64,000 bases of DNA from a virus, in IMG/VR virus record IMGVR_UViG_3300030118_003002, positions 1 to 64,000 of that record, one strand, 5' to 3'. Within the stretch, counting starts at the first letter, position 1. The number at the start of each line of letters is the position of its first letter. The notes beneath the pieces are model-generated. The model was not told the DNA's origin. It did no database searches and saw only the letters and a list, made by a program, of their open reading frames with translations. This document shows, in pieces, positions 47,815-57,558 of this stretch. The translations under genes were made by a program, and so were the position numbers.

Positions 47815-48609
47815 TCAGTCAACTCCTGTAAAGGGTGCTTTTACAATCATCTTATTTTCCCCAACAATCAAAAGAGGAAACTCATCCTTTACATAAAAGT
47901 TAAGCAATCCTTGTCCTCTCAAGAATCTATGAAGTGGACTTGAATACTGCAAAGTAGCAGCATCACCTATTGATTGAGTCGGGTGTAAAACCTGTTCATA
48001 ACTATTAGCAGTTCCATTTTCACTGCTAATCTGAACCGTAGCATGAACACCTGCGTCATTATCAACAGGTAAATAATTCAAAAGATAGACACCGCTTTTA
48101 ACCAATTCACAACCACTAACTGCTTCATCAAATGATATATCAGTTATTTGAAATGCACCTTCAAAGTTTGAAGAACCAAACTTCCATAGATTATTAATCA
48201 CAGGTTCATATGTTACATCAGCAACCATTTGTTTGATTCTTTCAATAGCATCAATGTTAGGATGATTAACTGCGGCTGGAATAGAAGCGGATTTATTTCC
48301 GCCACTAACTCCCAAAAAGTCACCATAACTAAGAGTAATAATACCATTAAACTTCTTCAAGTAAGGTATAATCATAGCGGCATTACCAATAAATGTGCCT
48401 TCTTCTAATGTTTCTTCAACAGGCAAAGATACCGTTAACCCAAATGTAGTGTCACCATTCCATAGGGTTAAGGTATCGTTTGCCAATTCCATTAAAACAT
48501 ATTCTCCTAACTTAGAGTTAGTTAAACCACTGTCTCCTAAATACATTCCTTTTCCTTGTATATCTTCTAATCCTTTTATTAATATCTTTGGTGTTATTCT
48601 AAACTTCAA
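47815..48609 (-). CDS. probable PCNA-like sliding clamp
   Basis: About 260 aa, two-domain beta/alpha pattern, ends FPLLI...MIVKAP; adjacent to polB and near RFC. Confidence 0.65.
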   Translation of the reverse strand: MKFRITPKILIKGLEDIQGKGMYLGDSGLTNSKLGEYVLMELANDTLTLWNGDTTFGLTVSLPVEETLEEGTFIGNAAMIIPYLKKFNGIITLSYGDFLGVSGGNKSASIPAAVNHPNIDAIERIKQMVADVTYEPVINNLWKFGSSNFEGAFQITDISFDEAVSGCELVKSGVYLLNYLPVDNDAGVHATVQISSENGTANSYEQVLHPTQSIGDAATLQYSSPLHRFLRGQGLLNFYVKDEFPLLIVGENKMIVKAPFTGVD

Positions 48610-49424
48610 ATGTTACCCTCCTTTAATTCAGGAATACCGTTCCAAACGATATTAGGCGGTGTGCCTTGTCTAATAGTCCAAGTAGTGCCAACCAAATTAC
48701 CATTTGTTCGGCTACCAACTAATTCAGCCAAATAGTGCATTTCGCCTTTTATTTTCTTTCTTGAACAATGTATTTCTTGTTCTAGTTTTCCTCCCCAATC
48801 TTTCCAATTAGCAATCATACCAATCGGAGAGCCGTCTTGATACTTTTCTGTTTCATGAGTAATATAAATTACATCACAATCAAGAAGATATATCGAATCT
48901 AATAGGTGATAGAAAGTCTTGTTTCTAGCACCATACTGATACGGCATAACCTTTGTGACTAAAGTAGGATTAGGGTTAATTTTCAATATACATGAATCTA
49001 ACCATGTATCAACACCGTCTAATACAAAAACGGGTCTTTCTCCTTCTTCAATCTTAGACCTAACATATTTGATAAACATATGCGAATTGTCTTCGCTCTT
49101 TGTTATATCAATTACATTGTCTTTATTCATTTCAATGGGACAGAACACTTGTATGCGCTCAGTCGCTTCGTGATGTTCACGCCATGTTGATTCAACACCT
49201 TTATCCCAATCTAAAACATAAATTGGTCTATCGGGGAAATCTAAAGCAATTCCTGTCTTTCCTGTTTTGGGATGACCCCAAATACCTAATACTAATCTTG
49301 AATTAACTTGCTTTCTTTTTTCAGCCATCATTTGCTGAAACTTGTTGTTAAAATCTTCTTGCGCTTTTCCAAAACTCATATTACTAGCATTACCTTGTCT
49401 GTTCGTTAAACTCATCTTCTTCAC
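48606..49424 (-). CDS. RecA-fold ATPase (RadA/Sak4-like recombinase)
   Basis: GHPKTGKT, VLDWDKG, FVLDGV, YITHE. Confidence 0.75.
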   Translation of the reverse strand: MKKMSLTNRQGNASNMSFGKAQEDFNNKFQQMMAEKRKQVNSRLVLGIWGHPKTGKTGIALDFPDRPIYVLDWDKGVESTWREHHEATERIQVFCPIEMNKDNVIDITKSEDNSHMFIKYVRSKIEEGERPVFVLDGVDTWLDSCILKINPNPTLVTKVMPYQYGARNKTFYHLLDSIYLLDCDVIYITHETEKYQDGSPIGMIANWKDWGGKLEQEIHCSRKKIKGEMHYLAELVGSRTNGNLVGTTWTIRQGTPPNIVWNGIPELKEGNI

Positions 49425-49665
49425 CTAATTCATCTATATCTATTTCTATTTTATTTCCATGAACCTTAGTCCATTCTTCTATTATTACTTTAAGTTCTTC
49501 TCTAGAGCAAACATATCTTGCTTCTTTCGAACCTATGTGCATCTTTAGCCAATAGGTTTCATATTCTGTTGCATTCTCTTTCCAAGTTAGGAAGTCAACA
49601 TTTATCAAATCAATGATATAACTATTACCCTTGATTAGAAACCTTCCTTCTAATATTCCATTCAT
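49390..49665 (-). CDS. hypothetical protein
   Basis: GAGGT SD before ATG 49665 (MNGILEG). Confidence 0.6.
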   Translation of the reverse strand: MNGILEGRFLIKGNSYIIDLINVDFLTWKENATEYETYWLKMHIGSKEARYVCSREELKVIIEEWTKVHGNKIEIDIDELGEEDEFNEQTR

Positions 49666-49684
49666 TTTAATACCTCTTAAATCT

Positions 49685-49765
49685 AAACAGGGCTTCGCAC
49701 CCATTTGAGCATCTATTTCTCCACAAGTTTATGCTTACACTTGTATGCCTCATTTGGAGTTAAAT
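49685..49765 (-). ncRNA. candidate structured RNA element (pseudoknot + T-loop-like hairpin)
   Basis: Several complementary segments in one of very few intergenic gaps. Confidence 0.35.
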
Positions 49766-50980
49766 TCAATAAGTTTCAAACCAATCAAAATCGGTTTCAA
49801 CCGGTTGGTTCACTTCAACAGGTGAACCTCTCTTTTCTGTTACATATAGTCCGGTAACATTAATTGTTACAGGGTCAGCCCCTTCATCAGTTATTCGCTG
49901 TGAAGTTCTTCCTACAATAATAACAGAAGAACCAATACCAAAGTCCAACTCAACATTAGACGGAATCCAACAAGTAGTCATATTGTTATCGTTATCATAG
50001 TCGAATTCAGCATTTAGGTCAGTTATATTCAAAATACGATTACCATTCTTTGTAGGCATCATATTCATATTACAGACTGTTCCATCAGTAATAACGAAAC
50101 GCTCACTAGTAGGTAGTGTCTGCCTAAGAATGTGCGCTCTATCAATTTCAACCAATGGTGTTAAATGGCTACCAAAGTTATTTGCTAGACATTCTTCGAA
50201 ATCGTAATTATCCATATTTCTATAATCAGAATTGTCTGGATTTAAGTCAGCATTTCTAATTAGACTTGCTTTAGTCACATCAGTCATACCATACAAATTA
50301 TTACCATCATCACTAGGAATTGCTACAAAGTGAACAAAATCATAGGTATTTGGAGTAAAGTCAACTCCACCTTGATTCTTATATGAGAAATTATATTTCT
50401 TCATTTCTCCACCTTCAACACTTCCATAAAATACCCCGCTTCTTCTAAATTGCTCCAAAGGAAGCGGCTTACCGTAGTTACGGTTTTCTCCGCCATTTTG
50501 GTATCTTTCTGTATTATCTAAAGGAATAACCCATACACCATCTTCCATTTCTTCAGCAGTGGCAGGTCTTTCAGTTACAGTCTTTTGTTGTAGTTCCCCT
50601 TTGTAGTAGCGGGTAATTTGCCAGCCCGTAGCAGTTTCTTCAACATTAGCAACAATACCTTCTTGCAAAGCATTATCGGCATCTCTCCTGTATTCTTCCT
50701 TAGCCTTATTTCTGTTCCAACTCATCATGTCTCTCGGTTCTTCAAGAGCCACAAAGAAACCAAATGCTTTCTTTACAAGTGAACCACTTGATGAATTGTT
50801 TGGTTTATTAGCCCTTTTACTTTGAGCAACATAATTACGCCAAAGTCCCTTTGCCAAAGGGTCGTCTGTTCCTATTCCATTTTCTGCACAAATGCTTTCA
50901 AATTTAGCAATTGCATCTTCAACGCTCATATCAATATATTGCACAGATTTTTCTATTTCATTCTTCATTTCTTCATTCAT
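49766..50980 (-). CDS. probable OB-fold ssDNA-binding protein (RPA-like)
   Basis: C-terminal OB-like segment (VITDGTV...CWIP...FGIGSSVIIVGR), acidic-aromatic tail DFDWF; start likely 50980. Confidence 0.6.
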   Translation of the reverse strand: MNEEMKNEIEKSVQYIDMSVEDAIAKFESICAENGIGTDDPLAKGLWRNYVAQSKRANKPNNSSSGSLVKKAFGFFVALEEPRDMMSWNRNKAKEEYRRDADNALQEGIVANVEETATGWQITRYYKGELQQKTVTERPATAEEMEDGVWVIPLDNTERYQNGGENRNYGKPLPLEQFRRSGVFYGSVEGGEMKKYNFSYKNQGGVDFTPNTYDFVHFVAIPSDDGNNLYGMTDVTKASLIRNADLNPDNSDYRNMDNYDFEECLANNFGSHLTPLVEIDRAHILRQTLPTSERFVITDGTVCNMNMMPTKNGNRILNITDLNAEFDYDNDNNMTTCWIPSNVELDFGIGSSVIIVGRTSQRITDEGADPVTINVTGLYVTEKRGSPVEVNQPVETDFDWFETY

Positions 50981-51000
50981 ATTTTTCCCTCTTTTTTTTC

Positions 51001-51915
51001 TCAAATTAATTGTCCTACCATCCAAGATAATATTACCTTTGGTGTCATGGTAGTGGAACGCCATTCGCTTTCTCCTATTGTTCTTAGTAACTTAAATTTA
51101 GTTAGATTATCTAATCCTTCTGAATTAATTATTGTATCGTGAATACCAACACAAATCTCTTTTACTGTTCTTCCTTCATAAATTAAATTATGAAGTAATG
51201 TAAGAGATTCATTTGGTTTTTTATCTAGTATTAGCATTAGTATTTTGTTATATTCTTGTAGTGAATTTTCTATTTGCTTTGTTAATGAAAAGCCGGATGA
51301 TTTAGCCGCTTGTAATTCCGTAATCGCCCTACGCATATCACCGTCTAAGGAGGCTATAAAGGGAGTCAACTCATCATCCGAAAAACTAGTCACCTGTTCA
51401 TTTCGAAGTATTTCCTTGATTACTTCTAATACTACTTCATTAGATAGTGGCTTAAAATGATAGTTAGCACACCGGCTTTGTAGTGGGTGAATAATCTTGC
51501 TTTTATCATTACAAGTAATAATGAAACGAATATTACCAGAATATCTTTCCATGATTCTTTTCAAAGCATTTTGAGCATCCTTTGTCATACCATCCATTTC
51601 ATCTAATAGACAAATCCTAAAGGGAACATCTCCAATAGTTCCGCTTTGAGCAACCCTTTTGATAGTGGTTCTAATTACTTCTAGTCGCCTATCATCAGAA
51701 GCATTTACTTCAACAAAATTATCTTTAGCATTTTCACCTAAGATACTTTTTGCCAAAGCCAAACCTGCTCCTGTTTTACCTGTCCCAGCATTACCATAAA
51801 GTAATACATTAGGCATATTTCTTTCTTCAACCCATACTTCCGCATCTAAAACAAAATGCTCTTGTCCTTTGATATTTCGCAAAGTCTTAGGTCTATATTT
51901 TTCAGTCCACAACAT
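51001..51915 (-). CDS. rfcS: replication factor C small subunit
   Basis: WTEKYRP, GNAGTGKT, EVNASDDR, LDEMD, AQNAL, LQSRC, GDMR. Confidence 0.95.
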   Translation of the reverse strand: MLWTEKYRPKTLRNIKGQEHFVLDAEVWVEERNMPNVLLYGNAGTGKTGAGLALAKSILGENAKDNFVEVNASDDRRLEVIRTTIKRVAQSGTIGDVPFRICLLDEMDGMTKDAQNALKRIMERYSGNIRFIITCNDKSKIIHPLQSRCANYHFKPLSNEVVLEVIKEILRNEQVTSFSDDELTPFIASLDGDMRRAITELQAAKSSGFSLTKQIENSLQEYNKILMLILDKKPNESLTLLHNLIYEGRTVKEICVGIHDTIINSEGLDNLTKFKLLRTIGESEWRSTTMTPKVILSWMVGQLI

Positions 51916-52195
51916 TTCTCTTCCTCCAATTTGGTAATACTGTTCCGCCAACTTCTCTCTTTACATCTATGTATTCGTAAGAAGGATTTGTTTTCCAAAG
52001 AGTTACTTTGGCATTTTTCCTTGACTTCACAAATAACTTATTCTTAGAAAGAATACAAGCGATTTGTTGAGTAGTAAAAGACCTACCCCTACTACTATGA
52101 CCGTATTCTTTCAATTCATGTATAATTTCTCCAACTCCTAATTCTCTATCTTGTAAGACATAAAACAAGGAATTTACTAACTGTTTATTTCTCAT
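51902..52195 (-). CDS. small wHTH-like protein
   Basis: EII..L...TTQQIACILSK...F pattern. Confidence 0.55.
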   Translation of the reverse strand: MRNKQLVNSLFYVLQDRELGVGEIIHELKEYGHSSRGRSFTTQQIACILSKNKLFVKSRKNAKVTLWKTNPSYEYIDVKREVGGTVLPNWRKRNVVD

Positions 52196-53043
52196 AAATA
52201 TTCCTCCAATGTATTCATTTTTACTTTTATTTTTTCCGTTCTTTTTCTTCTTTTCTTTTCACCTAAGTTAAGAATCCTACAATCAGCATTGTTAAACTTA
52301 GTTTTAACATACTTTACAAATTCTTCATCATTTTTCATCTGCGTAAAGATTCTTTTATCTCCATTCTTGATACCTATTCTTTTTAGAAGTCTAGGTATCT
52401 TAGAATAACTACCTCTTGATGGCATATTGATTCTTCCATAGACATTACCGCTATGGCAATAAGCCAACATCTCATAGAAATAGTTTTGACTCCATCTTCT
52501 TTTTACTACACCATCAATAAATAATATCTTATTAGGGTGAATGTTTTCAACAAGCCAAGACATAATCTGTGTGTCGGCTGGTTTATTGTGTTTCAATACT
52601 TCCGAAACAATGTCTCTATCAGTTTCTTTTAGATAGAACATAACCAAAGAGTAGGTGTCCATATCTAAAGCAAACGGTTCTTGACAATGCGGTGCTAATT
52701 CTTTGATTGATTCTGCTAAATAGTTATGAGAACCTGCTCTTTTGATTTGGCACTTAGCCTTGATTTCCTTTGGAACATCTTTCTCATTTATCGAAGTTAA
52801 AACTATTTCACCTCTATACCTTCTAATAACATTGAGAATAGAATCTTTATTAGGTTTGTAATGCACATCTTCTATAATAATACCATTCTCTTTAGGTAAA
52901 GAACCTAAATCTTGAATGTTCATTTCGTTTGCATATACAACTAAAGCGTTGGGTAACATACCTTTTGCCTTTGTTGTTTTTCCTGTTCCTGTTTTTCCTG
53001 TTATTAGTATTGGTCTATTGTTATTCAAATTACTCATACCCAT
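52192..53043 (-). CDS. degenerate AAA+ ATPase, probable RFC large-subunit-like
   Basis: ITGKTGTGKT, IIIEDVH; next to rfcS. Confidence 0.6.
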   Translation of the reverse strand: MGMSNLNNNRPILITGKTGTGKTTKAKGMLPNALVVYANEMNIQDLGSLPKENGIIIEDVHYKPNKDSILNVIRRYRGEIVLTSINEKDVPKEIKAKCQIKRAGSHNYLAESIKELAPHCQEPFALDMDTYSLVMFYLKETDRDIVSEVLKHNKPADTQIMSWLVENIHPNKILFIDGVVKRRWSQNYFYEMLAYCHSGNVYGRINMPSRGSYSKIPRLLKRIGIKNGDKRIFTQMKNDEEFVKYVKTKFNNADCRILNLGEKKRRKRTEKIKVKMNTLEEYL

Positions 53044-53447
53044 TATATCAATCCCTTTATACGGAATAATTCTTCCATACCTTCTAGCGTTAAGTGTTTA
53101 TTATCTGAAACTATTCCTACTGCTTTCCTAAACGGAGTCCATAGGTCATTCTTATCAATAAGATGAGGATGGATTAAAACCATCAATCTATACATATTTT
53201 TAATGCCACCAATTTTTAGTATTGGTGCAGGTCTTGATTTAGATTCCTGTTGTATTACAGAAGATTTTATTTCGTGTTGAAGAAGCGTTCTCGACACTGC
53301 TTCAACAAACTTCTCTCTTCCTCTTAACTTAACCATCAATCTAACTCTATAACCTATGTTAGAATTATCATCTCTTATGATTTGTATTTCAGGTTTTCCT
53401 ACACTTAACATAATTCCTACTATCATATCTTTACTATACATATTCAT
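53043..53447 (-). CDS. single-motif LAGLIDADG-fold protein, likely catalytically inactive
   Basis: IVGIMLSVG helix, GYRVRL strand, C-terminal HLTLEG..EL..IK. Confidence 0.6.
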   Translation of the reverse strand: MNMYSKDMIVGIMLSVGKPEIQIIRDDNSNIGYRVRLMVKLRGREKFVEAVSRTLLQHEIKSSVIQQESKSRPAPILKIGGIKNMYRLMVLIHPHLIDKNDLWTPFRKAVGIVSDNKHLTLEGMEELFRIKGLI

Positions 53448-53790
53448 TCGCTCCCATAACTCCTATGAAGTCATGCTTTAATCTCAAATATTCTAATCCT
53501 TCTGAAATTGTTGAAGTTATTAATTCTTCAACATCTGAATTGTCTCCTCGAAAAACGACATTGATTTGCGTTCCTCTATATTGCCCTAAAGCATTTGCTA
53601 ATTCCTCATTAATATATTCTTCAATCATTAACATTACATGGTCATGGCCTTTATGCACTAACCTAAGAGTTAGTCCTTGTTGAATCATCATTAAATCTCT
53701 ATTATCAACTTCTCCATAAACAAGATAAGTATAGGAAGTAACCCCTCCATACTCTTTAATCCATTCTTGGATATGTTCATCTTGAAGCAA
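53434..53790 (-). CDS. hypothetical protein
   Basis: AGGTGA SD + TTG. Confidence 0.6.
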   Translation of the reverse strand: MLQDEHIQEWIKEYGGVTSYTYLVYGEVDNRDLMMIQQGLTLRLVHKGHDHVMLMIEEYINEELANALGQYRGTQINVVFRGDNSDVEELITSTISEGLEYLRLKHDFIGVMGANEYV

Positions 53791-53794
53791 ATAA

Positions 53795-54241
53795 TCACCT
53801 TTCCTTTACATAATCTTCCTGTGAAGGCCAATGCCCGTTAGGTTCTTGGGTGTGACTCAACTCCCACCAATACAAATGTTGCGCTGAAATCCTTTGGTGA
53901 TTTTTAGCATTCGCATTATCTTCAGCCCACACTACCATATCGGAAATAGCACTTTCTAACCATTCAGACAATAAACTAACAAAAGACCTACTGACCGGCA
54001 TTTCAGTGCTATTATTAATCAATTGTTTAAGACTGATTCTAGAAGAGTATTTCTTCTTCTCCGGTTGTTTAGGTTCTATAAACTCACCATCTTCTGTAAA
54101 GTATGGAACAAGATGTTGAAGCATCTTTTTTGGTCTGCCTTGTTCGTGAAGAACATTTTTCAAATAAGCATATCCATCCTTTACATCAATGCAAGTATAT
54201 GTCTCCATATCAATAACTGTCAATTGTCCTTTCTGTATCAT
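53795..54241 (-). CDS. histone-fold protein with N-terminal extension
   Basis: SLKQLI...MPVSRSFVSLLSEWLESAISDMVVWAEDNANAKNHQRISAQHL aligns to the archaeal histone a1-L1-a2-L2-a3 fold. Confidence 0.7.
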   Translation of the reverse strand: MIQKGQLTVIDMETYTCIDVKDGYAYLKNVLHEQGRPKKMLQHLVPYFTEDGEFIEPKQPEKKKYSSRISLKQLINNSTEMPVSRSFVSLLSEWLESAISDMVVWAEDNANAKNHQRISAQHLYWWELSHTQEPNGHWPSQEDYVKER

Positions 54242-54675
54242 TCGGGTTCACTCCTTTGTGTTTGTTTTAACAGGTTCAAAATCAAATCATGGTCTGCACC
54301 ATTTTCTAATTGAACAATAGCCATGTTAACAAATGTCTTATGTCTAAGGATTTCTTGATGTTGTATATCTGCCTCTTTTATTTTAGCATGAATATTACGA
54401 AGGTCATCGTTCAATACAAAACCAGCCTCTTTACTAATCTTCTTATCTATTTTTGCCCTTTGGAATGCAGCATCTTTGGGATATTTTTTGCCTATAATAT
54501 CATATATTCTATGATGTAAATGTCTTAGTTTATTAATAGAAATCTTCATTCGTTTCTTGTATAACTCCAACATTCTTTCAGTTTGCCTTTTGTTTAACTG
54601 TTCTATTGAAAATATATTTCCCTTTTCATCTGCAACATATTTATCATGCGGCTTTGCATATTCATCACCCATCAC
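54238..54675 (-). CDS. hypothetical helical protein
   Basis: GTGA/ATGA coupling. Confidence 0.6.
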   Translation of the reverse strand: MMGDEYAKPHDKYVADEKGNIFSIEQLNKRQTERMLELYKKRMKISINKLRHLHHRIYDIIGKKYPKDAAFQRAKIDKKISKEAGFVLNDDLRNIHAKIKEADIQHQEILRHKTFVNMAIVQLENGADHDLILNLLKQTQRSEPE

Positions 54676-56201
54676 ACCATCTCCATTAAATCATCAAATG
54701 TATTAATATCTGCTACAAACTTATCATCTCTAATTCTAACTAGTCTTGGAAACCTTAATCCCCAATTACCTTGAGCATCTTGTGAAATTAAATCAGCAGT
54801 TACTTCAAGGACAATTCTTGGAATAAAGTGATAAGTGCCATTAGAATGACTATCAATATTTCTTCTTAAATCATTTGTCAATCTAACTAACTGCGAATCA
54901 CTGAAACCACTACCAATAGAACCTAAAGGAACATAATCACCATGTTCACTTCTAACTCCCATAGCGAATGAAGCAAATACATTTGCCCTTCTTCCTTCAC
55001 CATACTTTGCACTAAGAACAACTACATCTAGATTAATTCTAGGGGGTTTGTATTTAGCCCAACCAACGCTTCTTTTACCGGATTCATAAGGCAAAGAGGC
55101 ATCCTTAACTATAATACCTTCAAAGCCGTCATTGATTGCTCTATTGTAAAATGCTAAGGTATCTGTTCCTGTCATTCTATGTGCTTGGTCGGGTAATGTT
55201 TTAATCGCTATTAATCTATCAGAATACGGCAAGTCCATAATGGTGTCCTTACCAAACTTTAGACAATCGAAAATAACCCATTTTACTTTGACCCTTTCTC
55301 TTGCTTCTTCGTGATTCTTAGAATGGACTCTTGTTCCCATTAGTTTATGTTCAGCAGGTGAACCATCTTCATTGATAGGATATATTTCCCCATCAAGAAT
55401 ACAAGTGTGAACATTGTATTTTCTAACTTGTTCGACTACATCTTGAAACTGCGGAGTAACAATATTTCCTTTGCGATTAAAGATAATTACACTATCTCCT
55501 TCTTTGTGAATCTGATACCTATTACCATCATATTTGTAATCAACGATTCTATTAACAGGCCATTTGTTCATAGGTATTTCTTTTGCTAACATAGGTGCTA
55601 CAAAAGAACCATGTTCTAGATTAGTAGGTGGTTCAGAATTAGATTCATAATATCTTACCACATCAGAAATATTGTTAAAGTTACAATGCTTCTTAACTTC
55701 TGATACCTTCTTGTTGTAGTGCTTTGCTATTACTTTCTTAACAATACCACTGTTGATTCCGTTGCGTGGTGTCTTTAACCAATAACGGATAAACCAACGA
55801 CATTCTAATGCGCTCATATTAATAATAGCGTGTTGTATAGTTTTGAAAGATTCAGTTTTGATACCATCACAATCCATAGAAAGCAAACTCAATACACTTG
55901 ATAGCGGAGTTTGTTCTTTTGTTTCTGCTGATATATCCAAGTAATAGATAGCATCTCCTAAATCATCATGTGCTTTGTATTCGCTTTCTATTTCATCTTC
56001 AAAAACATCGTATATCTTAGCCATCCACTTTTTTGCTCTTGATAATCCTATGTTATTATTAGGATATTCTCTAGCCAAAATTGCGAATAGTGCTGGTTTA
56101 TTCTTGAATGTTCCCACTTGTTCCGTTATCATCGAAACTTGTTGTGTTGGTGTTTTCTGGTCTGTGCTTTCTAATAGTCTCGCTAGTCTGTTCATTGTCA
56201 T
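54672..56201 (-). CDS. lig: ATP-dependent DNA ligase (replicative type with N-terminal DNA-binding domain)
   Basis: PMLA, YKYDGNR, ILDGE, EGIIVKD, WAKYK, LRFPR...RDDK. Confidence 0.95.
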   Translation of the reverse strand: MTMNRLARLLESTDQKTPTQQVSMITEQVGTFKNKPALFAILAREYPNNNIGLSRAKKWMAKIYDVFEDEIESEYKAHDDLGDAIYYLDISAETKEQTPLSSVLSLLSMDCDGIKTESFKTIQHAIINMSALECRWFIRYWLKTPRNGINSGIVKKVIAKHYNKKVSEVKKHCNFNNISDVVRYYESNSEPPTNLEHGSFVAPMLAKEIPMNKWPVNRIVDYKYDGNRYQIHKEGDSVIIFNRKGNIVTPQFQDVVEQVRKYNVHTCILDGEIYPINEDGSPAEHKLMGTRVHSKNHEEARERVKVKWVIFDCLKFGKDTIMDLPYSDRLIAIKTLPDQAHRMTGTDTLAFYNRAINDGFEGIIVKDASLPYESGKRSVGWAKYKPPRINLDVVVLSAKYGEGRRANVFASFAMGVRSEHGDYVPLGSIGSGFSDSQLVRLTNDLRRNIDSHSNGTYHFIPRIVLEVTADLISQDAQGNWGLRFPRLVRIRDDKFVADINTFDDLMEMV

Positions 56202-56331
56202 TTATAATCATCTCCATATTTTTATTTACTGTCTTAACCAATTCTTTTAGAAGGCGGCTAATTTTACCTTCGTGCTTTTCAGCATAAGTCCACATAGCAT
56301 TTGCTAAGTAAATCCATTCATTCTTCTTCAT
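56098..56331 (-). CDS. hypothetical protein
   Basis: Fills operon gap. Confidence 0.5.
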   Translation of the reverse strand: MKKNEWIYLANAMWTYAEKHEGKISRLLKELVKTVNKNMEMIINDNEQTSETIRKHRPENTNTTSFDDNGTSGNIQE

Positions 56332-56686
56332 CAGAAGCCGCCCCTTGTTCTATACTATTCATCATTCTAACATAATTAATCATCATAGTCTGCATTACTG
56401 CTGACTCTTCATTTTTATTTTGTTCCATTAAACGATGTAGCATATGAATCATCGAGGCTTGACTGATAGCAGGTGCTAATCTAGCCAAATTGTCGGAATT
56501 AAACATTTCCCAATACATCACAAATGATGCTCTTGGTAAGAACATACCATTCCTAACTACGGCATAATTGCTCTCAAAATGACCCAATGCCGCAGGGTTG
56601 TTCTTAATTTTCTTTTTCATGGCTTTTGCCCATTCAATAAATCTTTTATCATTCGTTACATCTAAAAATATCTTATTCAAATTCAT
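56318..56686 (-). CDS. hypothetical protein
   Basis: ATGA coupling. Confidence 0.65.
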   Translation of the reverse strand: MNLNKIFLDVTNDKRFIEWAKAMKKKIKNNPAALGHFESNYAVVRNGMFLPRASFVMYWEMFNSDNLARLAPAISQASMIHMLHRLMEQNKNEESAVMQTMMINYVRMMNSIEQGAASDEEE

Positions 56687-56964
56687 TCTTCTTCATCTCC
56701 AAATAGTCTATTCAATAATAATAATTTCAACATATGTCCTTGAAACTTACTCCAAGATTTATCAATATGTTCCTTAGTTACTCTCGAACCCCTTCCTTCA
56801 CCCGCACCAACGGGCATTTCTAATTCTATGAATGCAGACCATAAATCAATCAATTCAGTTGAATATCTTCTATGTCTATCTAAAGCACCCATTTCAAATT
56901 GCCTATGCTTATTCGCTTTTCTAACGCTCGCTTTCGCTTGCACTTCACTAATTCTAAATTTCAT
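56683..56964 (-). CDS. hypothetical protein, possible divergent histone fold
   Basis: Short helix, about 27-aa helix, then SRVTKEHID. Confidence 0.55.
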   Translation of the reverse strand: MKFRISEVQAKASVRKANKHRQFEMGALDRHRRYSTELIDLWSAFIELEMPVGAGEGRGSRVTKEHIDKSWSKFQGHMLKLLLLNRLFGDEEE

Positions 56965-57158
56965 TCTAATTCCCTCTTTAATATGTTCAGTAATGTTTTG
57001 GCTTCCTCTATATTTAGACGAATACCTTTTGTTGGTTTGTCATTCTTATACCATCTAATATCCATAACTTCTATGTTCCAATAAATTCCTCTTTTAACAA
57101 GAACTTCATCATTGGCATTTCTAACAATTCTTCCTTTTATTTCCATTGGTTCACTCAC
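56961..57158 (-). CDS. PC4/Sub1-like ssDNA-binding protein
   Basis: MDIRWY...PTKGIRL..EE. Confidence 0.75.
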   Translation of the reverse strand: MSEPMEIKGRIVRNANDEVLVKRGIYWNIEVMDIRWYKNDKPTKGIRLNIEEAKTLLNILKRELE

Positions 57159-57558
57159 TAAACCATCCCTCCTTGAATTTCTCTAACTCCTTTCTTGAAG
57201 TAAAGTATCTCGGTGTATCTAATTCATCTAAACGATTAACAACCCAACAAGCACCACCTAAAGATGATACCTGAACTATTTCATATTGGCCTTCATTTAT
57301 TTCAATGACCTCGATAGTATTCACTTCGGGAACTAAGCCATAATTTCTAGTTATTTCGTTAGCAACATCATGTATATTCTCAATGACATATTTGATAATA
57401 TGCGCTCTTTGAATCGGTATCTTTGGTGCTACTTGAATAGATAACTTTCCGGTCATTTTACAAACCTTACACTTATTACCTTCACAAATAGGACATTTAA
57501 CCTCTGCCGCATGAGGAGCAGGTAAAGTTACAGTTACGGCTCTTTTCTTCATATTCAT
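57151..57558 (-). CDS. protein with DnaJ-type Zn-finger repeats
   Basis: CPICEG..CKVCKMTG. Confidence 0.65.
   Translation of the reverse strand: MNMKKRAVTVTLPAPHAAEVKCPICEGNKCKVCKMTGKLSIQVAPKIPIQRAHIIKYVIENIHDVANEITRNYGLVPEVNTIEVIEINEGQYEIVQVSSLGGACWVVNRLDELDTPRYFTSRKELEKFKEGWFSE

Noticed and set aside
49685-49705. Twister ribozyme or tRNA
   Set aside because: Loop UGCGAAGC resembles twister L4 and a T-arm, but the matching T1 pseudoknot partner and a cloverleaf are absent
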